Source: Chiloscyllium plagiosum
Lineage: Eukaryota
NCBI RefSeq assembly: GCF_004010195.1
Contig: NC_057751.1
Coordinates: forward strand, 2,306,464 to 2,370,463
DNA length: 64,000 bases
Reading direction: 5' to 3'
The position numbers were made by a program, and so were the translations under genes. Shown here in pieces: positions 1 to 11,101 of the stretch (positions are counted from its first letter, which is position 1; each line of letters opens with the position of its first letter). Below the pieces are notes generated by a model. That model ran no database searches, was not told where the DNA came from, and saw nothing but the letters and a program-made list of their open reading frames with translations.

Positions 1-54
1 TCAGGGGTGACAGTCCAGTGATTTGGATTATGCTATTGAGGATAAATTTATTTA

Positions 55-670
55 GGAGAAAGTGAGGTCTGCAGATGCTGGAGATCAGAGATGGAAATGT
101 GTTGCTGGAAAAGCGCAGCAGGTCAGGCAGCATCTAGGGAACAGGAGAATCGACGTTTCGGGCATTAGCCCTTCTTCAGGAATGAGGAAAGTTGGTCCAG
201 CAGGCTAGGATAAAAGATAGGGAGGAGGGACTTGGGGGAGGGGCGTCGGAAATGTGATAGGTGGAAAGAGGTCAAGGTGAGGGTGATAGGTCAGACTGGG
301 GTGGGGGCGGAGAGGTCGGGAAGAAGATTGCAGGTTAGGAAGGCGGTGCTGAGTTCGATGGATTTGACTGAGACAAGGTATTTCCCCTCCCCCCACCTTG
401 TCTCAGTCAAATCCATCGAATTCAGCACCGCCTTCCTAACCTGCAATCTTCTTCCCGACCTCTCCGCCCCCCCCCCAGTCTGACCTATCACCCTCACCTT
501 GACCTCTTTCCACCTATCACATTTCCGACGCCCCTCCCCCAAGTCCCTCCTCCCTATCTTTTATCCTAGCCTGCTGGACCAACTTTCCTCATTCCTGAAG
601 AAGGGCTAATGCCCGAAACGTCGATTCTCCTGTTCCCTAGATGCTGCCTGACCTGCTGCGCTTTTCCAGC
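55..670. mobile_element. Penelope-like (PLE) fold-back insertion, family A, copy 1
   Basis: Arms 104-379 and 395-670 are reverse complements (276 bp, two mismatches seen) with a 15-nt loop. Unpaired tail 55-103. 14-bp TSD GATAAATTTATTTA at 41-54 and 671-684. Hammerhead core in the arms. Interrupts a CR1 3' fragment. Confidence 0.85.
590..630 (+). ncRNA. Minimal type I hammerhead ribozyme motif (antisense mirror copy at ~144-184)
   Basis: CTGAAGA (595-601)-A-GGGC-TAAT-GCCC-GAAAC-GTC (620-622): intact core and stem II, palindromic ACGT stem III as in dimer-forming PLE hammerheads. Stem I pairing is weak. Confidence 0.65.
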
Positions 671-1744
671 GATAAATTTATTTACCCAGTGGATAGTGAT
701 CCTGTGAAATTTTCTGCTTCCAAACGTGGTAAAGGCAAAAACATTGAATAATTTCAAGGAGGAATAAGACATAGCTCTTGGGGCTAAAGGGATCAGAGGT
801 TACAGGGAGAAAACAGGAGCAGTGTATTGAGTGGAATGATGTAAATTGAAAAAGTGAAAATGCAATTTGAATAATTCTTTTCTGACTGCTTTCATTCATG
901 GACAAATTAGCCAGTGAGACAGTCACTGCAGGTTCCTTGGCTTCACTCTGTCAGCTTGTGCTGCCTCCTGCCTGAGTCTATCCCAATTTACAAACCTGTT
1001 GTGATATCTGATCTTCCTGTGAGAAACAGCGTGAGGATCACATTGTTCTGTGCAGTCAAGGGTTGATCCTTAATCAAACAGGGAGTTACTAAACCCTCAG
1101 CAGGTATTTGACTGTTTTCTCTGGAAGTACTTCCAGAGAGTTTGGATGATTGTCAATGTTGTAGTGGTTTTAAGGGCCGAAAGATGAATCAGGAGTTGCA
1201 CTAATGCTCTGATTTTTCTGAGGTTCCAATAAAACTCTGTTCTGGTTTCCAGTCTTTGTTATCTCTGCACAACTGTAGGGCGATACATTTATAAACCCAT
1301 CCAAAACCTGAATATGGAGGGTTAAAATCAGAAGACTTAGAACATAGAACAGTATAGCACAGGATCAAGCATTTTGGCCCATCATGATGCTCTTCTAAAT
1401 AATCCCTGCAGATGGTCTTTTTCCCTGGATTTTTTGTCCGATCATGTTATATTTTGATTTTTGAAAATGGCTGCTGTTTGCAAGATCAATCATTTTTGTC
1501 CTTAAATTTTAATTAGAGTCAGGGAATCGTCATGAACAACACACAATTAAGCTTGAAAACTCATTAACAAAAATGCCAGCTTGTGCATGCTGAATACATT
1601 CAAATAGTGTGTTGCAAAAAGATAATACTTAACACTGATAAAAGTTAAAATTCATTTGCCAATTATGCAATATGTTCATATCTCACTGTTGTTGATCATA
1701 GTCTTTTTAGTAGTAGTTATCTCCTCAAATTTTGATACATATTA

Positions 1745-1852
1745 ATCAACCTGATCAGAGATGTACTAACAAACCTCTGGAGCAGGTGGGACTTGAACTT
1801 GGGTCTCCCAGACCAGAGATAGGGAACAGTACCAGTGCACCACAAGATGCCC
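1745..1852 (-). mobile_element. Short tRNA-derived SINE head
   Basis: Minus strand reads GGGCATCTTG-TGGTGCACTGG (A-box-like)...GTTCAAGTCC (B-box-like); no complete cloverleaf seen. Confidence 0.55.
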
Positions 1853-2019
1853 TCTCCTGAAATTTATTGACCTTCAGACAATGATCTTCAGTTGCTTATT
1901 GTGAAATTCCCTCCATTGTAAGATCAGAAATGGGATGTTCTTTGTTCATTGGACAATGTTCAGCATTGTTAAGAGGCTCCTGTGAAACCAGTCTGCCCTG
2001 ATAGACTCCAAGACCTGAA

Positions 2020-2585
2020 CACTTCAGACTTGACTTGATCATTTGCAAGTAACAATGAAGTCACACGAATGCCAGATAATGATAATCTCTAACAAGAGGA
2101 AGTCTAATCATTGCCCCTCAAATTTAGTGGTGTTACCATTCCTGATTGTCTGACTATCATATCCTGCAGGGGTGATTATTGACCAGAAAGCAAACAGCAC
2201 TGACTGTATAAATACTGTGGTTCAAGGAACAGGTTAGAGATTGGGAATTCTGCAGCGAATAACTTGGGCCCGGCCTATGTTAGAAATCTGATGGAATATT
2301 CTCCACTCAGCGACAGGATTGTCACTCCAACAGTACTCAACTTTGAAACCATCTGGAATAAAGCAACCTGTTTAATCATCACTATGTTAAACATTTGTCT
2401 CCCTCCACCATTGACACACAATGGCAGCAGTTGGCAACATCTACAAGATGCACTGTCGCAATTTATTCAGATGCCTTCACCATCACCTACCAAACCCATC
2501 GCACCTGGAAGGCAAACAGCATTTGAACAACTCCACTTCCAATATCCCATCGAATCAAGTTGGTGAAGCCGACATCCCATGAATA
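2020..2585 (+). mobile_element. Decayed 3' part of a second CR1/L2-group LINE family (non-HER1)
   Basis: ORF 2264-2566 has YVRNLMEYSPL...ETIWNKA, an RT C-terminal pattern. Ends in GCCGACATCCCATGAAT, a tail shared with 15932-16130 and 29795-30030. Confidence 0.6.
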
Positions 2586-3229
2586 ATTGTGTGAAACAAG
2601 ATCCAGCAATCATTGCCACACAGAACTTTTGTCACACACATGCTCCACTTGTCCTTCTTCCTCAAAATGACAATTTGTATTGAATGGTGCTGCATTCAAG
2701 ATGTTATGTTTGGATGAGGTAGTTAATAAAGTGCAGTTGTGATTATTGCTTCAAACGTAGGACTCATCTTCTGCAAGGGGTCATTGCTTTTCGAACTCCC
2801 AACTTTGTTCTTTCCACTGACTCCTTGCCTGATGAGCTGCACCAGTTCATGCACTGACATCAATAAGAATGATTAAGTTGTCTGACCAGCAGCCGACAAG
2901 GATTGGATGTCATCGTAGAATTTCTGCATTCATTTTCAGGGTTGATCTGTACTCACTGTTGAGAGATGCTTGCCTGTTCCTTACTGGTGAGATTGTTTGT
3001 GACATCAAACCCTATAACAGCTTGATGCCATTCTTTTCCATTGTCTCTACAATGGCATAAGGAACCAGCAGTCGTTTTCTTCAACTGGACTGAACTGATC
3101 CTTGTCAGATAGAGACCAACTAGGGGTGTCAATCTGGACTTTAAATCAAGCCAGCTCTTTGCTGATAACAGGTGTTCCACTGTCTGGTATGGTGTTGCCT
3201 TGCCTTTCCCTATCTCTGTGGTCTCCCTA

Positions 3230-3512
3230 AGCCCCACAGGTCTCCTTCCTAATCTGCAATTTTGAGATTCCTAATTTTTATTTGGTCTTCGGCCCTTTGC
3301 TTTTTGTTTCCCTCCCTCCAGTTCTCGGCTTCTGTACCCCATTTCCCTCTTTCAAAACATTGCATAAATCTCTGTCTTTGACCAAACCTTTGGTCATCTG
3401 GCTTCACATCTTGTGATGTGATCTGAATTCAAATTTTGTATCATCATGGTCCTGTGAATTATCTTGTGACAGTTTATTCCGTTAATGGTACGACATAAAT
3501 ATAAGTTGCAGT
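3230..3512 (+). mobile_element. L2-type LINE 3' end
   Basis: TTTGACCAAACCTTTGGTCA...CCTGTGAA...ATAAATATAAGTTG resembles the conserved L2 tail; related copy at 49420-49760. Confidence 0.5.
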
Positions 3513-5700
3513 TATAGAGTCATAGAGATGTACAGCACGGAAACAGACCCTTCGGTCCAACCCGATATCCAAACCCAATCTAGTCTCACCTGCCAGCACC
3601 CGGCCCATATCCCTCCAAACCCTTCCTATTCTATACCCATCCAAATGCCTCTTAAATGTTGCAATTGTACCAGCCTCCACCACTTCCTCCGGCAACTCAT
3701 TCCATACATGTACCACCCTCTGTGTGAAAAAGTTGCCCCTTAGGCTTCTTTTATATCTTTCCCCTCTCACCCTAAACCTATGCCCTCCAGTTCTGGACTC
3801 CCCAACCAGGGAAATTACTTTGTCTATTTACCCTATCCATGCCTCTCATAATTTTGTAAACCTCGATAAGGTCACCCCTCAGCCTCCGACGCTCCAGGGA
3901 AAACAGCCCCAGCCTGTTCAGTCTCTCTTTATAGCTCAAATCTTCCAACCTTGGCAACATCTTTGTAAATCTTTTCTGAACCCTTTCAAGTTTCACAACA
4001 TTTTTCTGATAGGAAGGAGACCAGAATTGAATGCAATATTCCAACAGTGGCCTAACCAATGTCTTGTACAGCCACAACATGACCTCCCAACATCTGTACT
4101 CAATACTCTGACCAATAAAAGAAACCATACCAAACGCTTTCTTCACTATCCTATCTACCTGCGACTCCACTTTCAAGGAGCTATGAACCTGCACTCCAAG
4201 GTCTCTTTGATTAGCAACACTCCCTAGGACCTTACTGTTAAATGTATAAGTCCTGCTAAGATTTGCTTTCCCAAAATGCAGCACCTCACATTTATCTACA
4301 TTAAACTCCATCTGCCATTATTCAGCCTATTGGCCCATCTGGTCAAGATCCTGTTGTAATCTGAGGTAACCCTCTTCGCTGTCCACTACATCTCCAATTT
4401 TGGTGTCATCTGCAAACTTACTAACTGTACCTCTTATGCTCACATCCAAATCATATATGTAAATGACAAAAAGTAGAGGGCCCAGCACAGATCCTTGTGG
4501 CACACTACTGGTCACAGTTGTCCAGTCTGAAAAGCAATCCTCCACCACCACTCTCTATCTTTTACCTTTGAGCCAGTTCTTTATCCAATTGGCTCGTTCT
4601 CCCTGCATTCCATAAGATCTAAACTTGCTAACCAGTCTCCCATGGGGAACCTTGTCGAACGCCTGACTGAAGTCCATATAGATCACATCTACCGCTCTGC
4701 CCTTATCAATCCTCTTTGTTACTTCTTCAAAAAACTCAATCAAGTTTGTGAGACATGATTTCCCACACACAAAGCCATGGTGACTATCCCTAATCAGTCC
4801 TTGCCTTTCCAAATACATGTACATCCTGTCCGTCAGGATTCCCTCCAACAACTTGCCCACCACCAACGTCAGGCTCACTGGTCTATAGTTCCCTGGCTTG
4901 TCCTTACCACCCTTCTTAAACAGTGGCATCACGTTCGCAAACCTCCAGTCTTGTGGCACCTCACCTGTGACTATCGCTGATACAAATATCTCAGCAAAGG
5001 GCCCAGCAATCACTTCTCTAGCTTCCCACAGAGTTCTCGGGTACACCCGAGCAGGTCCTGGGGATTTATCCACCTTTACGCGTTTCAAGACATCCAGCAC
5101 TTCCTCCTCTGTATTATGGACATTTTGCAAGGTGTCACCTATTTCCCTACAGTCTATATCTTCAATATCCTTTTCCACAGTAAATACTGATGCAAAATGC
5201 TTGTTTAGTGTCTCCCCCATTTTCTGCGGCTCCACACAAAGGTCGTCTTGCTGATCTTGAGGGGCCCTATTCTCTCCCTAGTTACCCTTTTGTCCTTAAT
5301 GTATTTGTAAAAACCCTTTGGATTCTCCTTAATTCTATTTGCCAAAGCTATCTCATGTCCCCTTTTTGCCCTCCTGATTTCCCGCTTAAGTGTACTCCTA
5401 CTTCCTTTATACTCTTCTAAGGATTCACTCGGTCTATCCTGTCTATACCTTACATATGCTTCCTTCTTTTTCTTAACCAAACCCTCAATTTTTTTAGTCA
5501 TCCAGCATTCCCTATACCTACCAGCCTTTCTGTTCACCCGAACAGGAATATACTTTCTCTGGATTCTCGTTATCTCATTTCTGAAGGATTCCCATTTTCC
5601 AGCCGTCCCTTTACCTGCGAACATCTGCCCCAATCAGCTTTCGAAAGTTCTTGCCTAATACCATCAAAATTGGCCTTTCTCCAATTTAGATCTTCAAGTT
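3513..5700 (-). mobile_element. CR1/HER1-type LINE, 5'-truncated, frameshifted ORF2
   Basis: Consecutive ORF pieces with KSPGP, NYRPVSLT, DFSQAFDKVPH, VPQGSVLGP, KFADD, MEFNVDKC, RGNFFTQRVV. 3' (CTATGACT)n-type tail at ~3513. Confidence 0.95.
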
Positions 5701-7404
5701 AATTCCTTATTGTTAAGCATTTCACTTTTTGAGGGAAAAATTGCCAACTGGAAATGATTTCAGAATTTTAATTCTGTTGTGTAATCTAATTATTGGGTCT
5801 TACATTCATACACAAATGATTTGCAATTGTTGTGTGCCTCTCATTTAGTGACAGTGAAATGCAACTCTTTTAAAATGGGAAGTGTATTAATATACCTATG
5901 TATGTATATCGAAGAAGACCTAGTAACTTTTATTAACACAAGTAGATGGGTAAACTCTTTTTCAAAAGATCTTGACCCCACTTCCTAAATACACAGATTA
6001 ACACAGACCACTGAGATCATTTGGATCATCTAAATTCTGTTATATCAAAAATTACACTTTGTTGGTCACCACATCTGACTATCTCTGCTGTGATTCTAAA
6101 GCGTTCTGCCCAATTCCACTCATGTTCCAGACATTGACTATTTATTGTTTAAAGACATCAGTCAAAACCATCTTGCAAGAGGTCAAAAAAAGCAAATCCT
6201 CTGCAGAGCCTGTTGTCTTTGCACCCTCTTAATATGGTCCATCTTGGAGATTAACATATTTTTGATCTCTCAGGGAATCCAGGGTTAAGGAGTGTTGCCG
6301 GGAAAGTGGAGTTGAGTGGAAAATCGGCCATGGCTGTGTTGAACGGGGGAAGTGAGCTCCACGGGTTGTACGTTACCTCCCACTCCTGTTCCTTATATAT
6401 TTCAGTTTCAAATGGTTTAATATCTTGGTAATTCGAAGGTGATGTGAATGAATGTAATTTTGGGTGTGAGTTTGTGCATAAGTGTAAGTATTTGTAAGCC
6501 TTTGTAAGTATGTAAAAGAGAGGGAACTAGGAATCTTGTGCACATATGGTGGTGAGTCCAGATATATAAATTTAAAACAGAAGAGAACTGAATACTTCAA
6601 GCCCTGAGTCATAATTGCAGCAGTTGCAGGTCAATGTTTGACAACTCAGCCACACCTCACTGTTATGGTGAAATGTCCTGTTGTGTATTATAAATACAGA
6701 AGGAAAATTTGAGAGCAGGAGAGGCTAATCTGTAGCCTGATATGGCCTGAACTGTAATGTTGATTTTATATTCAAGCACAGTCCCATGCCAGATATAATC
6801 TCAGGACATTGGAGGTGGAAGTAACATTTACAAGGGTAAAACAAAATAAAAACCATGACTGAGAAACAAGTCAGCCTCATTCTCCTGAAGGCATTGATTA
6901 ACGGAATGAAATTTGTTAATTGCAAAGTGCTGATAACAAGGATGTGTGTCCAAACCGAGCTATCAGTGTACAACATGATAATTGGATTCCTTGCAGCTAT
7001 TTCTGCTTTGTGTGTTTCTTTTTCTTAATCCAATTTACCATAGATGGAACTGATCGTGCACAATTATGCTTCCTTTCCTGCTCTCCCTGTGTCTGGTAGA
7101 TGCAAATGTTGCACAGTAGAAGTTTCCACATGTGTGTGTTTGTTGTATAAGTGACATGATCATGCTCAAACAAGCACAGACAGTGGTAGATAATTTCAGA
7201 AGCTCGTGTCTACATTTGGCTTGCTTCTTAGCTGGGCAATGCACCTGTGCTGAGTGCAAGAATATCTCCTCCTCTAGTGTGCTGAGCTGAAGGTTGAACC
7301 TGTGACAACAAAGGTAAGATGTAATTGGAGACAGTTTGCAGCATTGTTCATGGTGAGTTTGAGGCCTTGCTGATACAAGACTGAGGTGAAGTTCTTGGAT
7401 GGAC

Positions 7405-8660
7405 TCATAGAGATGTACAGCACGGAAATAGCCCCTTCGGTCCAACTCGTCCATGCCAACCAGATATCCTAAACTGATCTCATCTCATTTGCCAGCATTT
7501 GGCCCATATCACTCCACATACTTCCTATGCATTTAACAAGCCAAATGCCTTTTAAATGTTGTAATTGTATCAGCCTCCACCACTTCCTCTGGCAGATTAT
7601 TCCATACACAGATCAGTCTCTGTGTGAAAGAGTTGCCCCTTAGGTCCCTTTTAAATCTTTCCACTCTCACCTTAAACCTATGCCCTCTGATTTTAGACTC
7701 CTCTACCCTGGGGAAAAGACCTTGGCTATTCACCCTATTCATGCCCCTCATGATTTTATAAACATCTATAAGGTCACTCCTCAGCCTTCGCGCTGCAGGC
7801 AAAATAGCCTCAGCTGATTCGGCCACTCCCTACAACATAAACCCTCCAATCCTGAACCCTTTCAAGTTTCACAACACCCTTCCTCTTGCACGGAGACCGG
7901 AATGCATGCAATATTCCAAAAGTCGCCTAACCAATGTCCTGTACAGCTGCAAAATGACCTCCAATATCCTTTACTCAATGCACTGACCAATAATGTCAAG
8001 CATACCAAATGCCTTTTTCACTATATTGACCAGCTGCAACTCCACTTTCAAGGAACTATGAACCTGCACTCCAAGGTCTCTTTGTTCAACAACACTCCCC
8101 AGGACCTTACCATTAAGTGTATAAGTCCTGCTAAGATTTGCCTTTCCAAAATGCAGCACCTCACTTTTATCTAAATTAAACACCATCTGCCACTCCTCGG
8201 ACATTTGCCCACCTGATCAAGGTGCAGGTGTACTCTGAGGCAACTTTGTTGGCTGTCCACTACATCTCCAATATTGGTGTCACCTGCAACCTTACTAACC
8301 ATACATTCTCTTTTCAACTCCAAATCATTTTGATAAATGATGAGACGCAGTGGAGCCAGCACTGATCGTTGTGGCCTGCTGGTCACAGGCCTCCAGTCTG
8401 AAAAGCAACCCTTCACTACCACCCTCAGTCCTCTACCTTTGAGTCTGTCCTGTATCCAAATGGCAAGTTCTCCTTGTATTCCATGTGATCTTCTCTTGTC
8501 AACCAGACATGGAACTTTGTCGAACACCTGACTTAAATCCATATAGATCATGTCCATTGCTCTGCCCTCATCACTCCCTTTTATTCAAAAAACTCAATTA
8601 AGTTCGTGAGACACAATTTGCCACGCACAAAGCCGCGTTGACTATCCCTAAACATCCTTG
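7405..8660 (-). mobile_element. CR1/HER1-type LINE 3' fragment
   Basis: DLSQVFDKVP, KVAGDT, WQMVFNLDK, RGNSFTQRL pieces; same tail as the 3513 copy. Confidence 0.9.
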
Positions 8661-8899
8661 TCTCCATCACACTTGTAATGGATGAAACTGGAGCCAAACT
8701 ACTTTGTTTAGATTTATTCAAAGTGAAACATTGCAAGTATGATGTTACAGTATTGTTATTTCCAGGAGAAATAGTAGTTGCTGAATATATATAGAACAGA
8801 CATGTTTGACTTATCCTGTAACATGCATGTTATTTGTAGTCTTGAAATAAATTAAGCCTTTACATATTTTAACATTGATGTGTAATTTTCCCAGATTTT

Positions 8900-9255
8900 C
8901 TTTTTGATTCTTTGATGTGGTATGGACATTGTTGGCTGGACAAGTATTAATTGTCCATCCCTAATTGCCTAGAGGTGAGTTTAGAGCCAATCACATTGCT
9001 TTGGGCCTGGAGTCATAAGTGGGCAAGATCAGATAAGGATGGCAGTTTGCTTCTCGAAAGGGCTTGAGATGGTTTTTCCTGACAGTCATCAACAGTTTCA
9101 TGATCATCATTGGACTCTGGATTCCAGATTTTTAAAAATTGAATTGAATTGAAACACTAACATCTGCCATGGCAGAATTTGAATGCAGGTCCAGGCAATA
9201 TTATCTGGATCTGGATTAATAATTTAGTGATAATACCACTTGGCCGTTGCCATCA
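8900..9255 (-). mobile_element. tRNA-derived SINE with LINE-shared 3' tail
   Basis: Minus strand starts GGCCAAGTGGTATTATCAC...TTCAAATTC and ends GGCAATTAGGGATGGACAAT...CCAGCCAAC, the tail of the non-HER1 LINE family. Second copy at 50293-51270. Confidence 0.6.
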
Positions 9256-11101
9256 GTTACTCCGCAGTATCAGTGTTGTTATTGTTCTCTTTTCAAAGTA
9301 ATTTAGCCAAATTCAACCAAATGAAACAGCTACAGCCTCTTAAACCGGCACATTACCGCAGCTCTTGAAATACTTCCATCTTACTCAACGAAGCTCTTCT
9401 CACACAGATAAACCACATACCACTGGTTCATAATCCAAAGAAAATGGAAATACATCTCAATCATACACCTGACAAATAATGAGGAAGGGGCTGCAATCTT
9501 GTGCATACTACATATACATGGAATATACATTCAACAATGCCATAACATAAACAAGTCGTCTGGCAGCCCAAGAACTGAAACCACAATTGACATTCATTGA
9601 GTGATGTTAGAAAGATGTTTAGTTTTCCATTGAATGAAATTGGAAATAAATCTGGAGAGAATTTGCATCAACTTATTGCACTAAAGTTTTTTTTTCTGTT
9701 TTAAAAAATAAACCTTGAAAAGATCACACTATGCCTGGTGAACCATGTCTCAAAATAAATGAAGAGGTCACAGAAGCCTTGAATGGAAATGTATTAACAT
9801 TAAATCAAAATAGACCCATTGATATCCTAAGGTCTTTATTGCGCCAGTGGACTCCATATGCTCCTGTCCCATGGGCACTCAAGTACAAAGTAACCATGGA
9901 AAAAGGGCAGACAGCCAGGTGCTGTGACACCTTCCAGAAGGCCAAATGCTTGGACCAGTTGATGACCACCTTGCGAGGGTTGAGGAGGAAGTGCTGTGAT
10001 ATGCTCACCTTTCTTTGTATGGAGTGCTCATAGATCAGGAGGTAGGGCTGAACTACAACCAAAAATGAAAATGCAGCCCCTTTCAAAAACTAAATAGAAG
10101 CTGCAAATGAAAATATCCAAAGTAAATATGACAAATTGTTTCTTCAGAAACTGCATGTGGCCTGGCATCCTAACAGCCTAATCATTGTTAATTGTGTGGA
10201 AAGGCTGCCTGCAACACTCAATTTCTCTACCCCAGATTCCTTATGGAAGGAGCGTGAACCCCCTCAAAGAAAGCCCTCCACTAGGGATTCCAACTGCTGA
10301 AAATTAGAACATTACGCCAAGGTGTATTCAAATGATAGATGAAAGTGAGGAACTTGGAGAGTGTGTCACAGTAGCCCACATAGGAAACTCATCATTTTAA
10401 ATGGAATAAGTGTTTTTTTATTCATTACAGCAAAGACAGCATTTCACAAGTATTTAATTACAGCAAAGACAACATTCCAGAAGTACTTAATTAGCTGTAA
10501 AGTGATTTGGTATGTCTTGAAGTCATGAAAGGCGCTGTTGTTTTCGCATTGTAAAAGACAGAATTTACAAGCTATGCTGCAGAAATGCACAAAGGCTCCT
10601 TAGACAACACCTTTAAAACCCAAGACCACTAATATCTCGAAGGACGAGGACAGCAGCTACACAGGAATACCACAACCCAGAAGTTCCCCTCTAACACATT
10701 CACCATCTTTTTTTTGTAAATATATTTATTAGCAATTTTTTTTTACTGTACAAACATAAAATTATTGAAAAAACCATTCAATCACAAATATCAGTATAAT
10801 AAAAAGATAAAAAAAACAAATTACAGTACAACTACTAACTACTAACGTACTCTATAATACAAAACAAACCCTAACACTGTGCAAAACAATACCAAAAAAA
10901 GAAAGAAAAGCAAAAAAATCCACACAAAATATAGAACAGCTATGCTTGGCGCAAGGCTCCCAAACAAAGGAATGGGAGCATTGTATACATACCCATATTA
11001 GCTCGGGAGACCCCTCCAGGGCCCAGGGCTTGACAAATCTAATCATCCTGGTTAAACAAACGCCCTAGTTAAGACAACTGATAAATTTATATCCAAATAA
11101 C

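Larger units (their letters stand above)
1..840 (+). mobile_element. Old CR1 LINE 3' end, interrupted by the PLE insertion
   Basis: Removing 55-684 gives sequence similar to the (R)NFFTQRVV.LWN.LP-encoding end and the GGGATCA.AGGTTA..GGGAGAA tail of other CR1 copies here. Confidence 0.65.

Noticed and set aside
205..772. Mirror-image 83-aa ORFs and neighbours
   Set aside because: By-products of the palindrome; no coding signal.
2920..2995. AG...GT-bounded 47-nt candidate exon (VDLYSLLRDACLFLT)
   Set aside because: No recognisable protein or neighbouring exons; would need RNA-seq.
9260..10400. Unassigned region with a 100-aa ORF (9731-10033)
   Set aside because: No motif recognised; may be unique DNA or a very old repeat.
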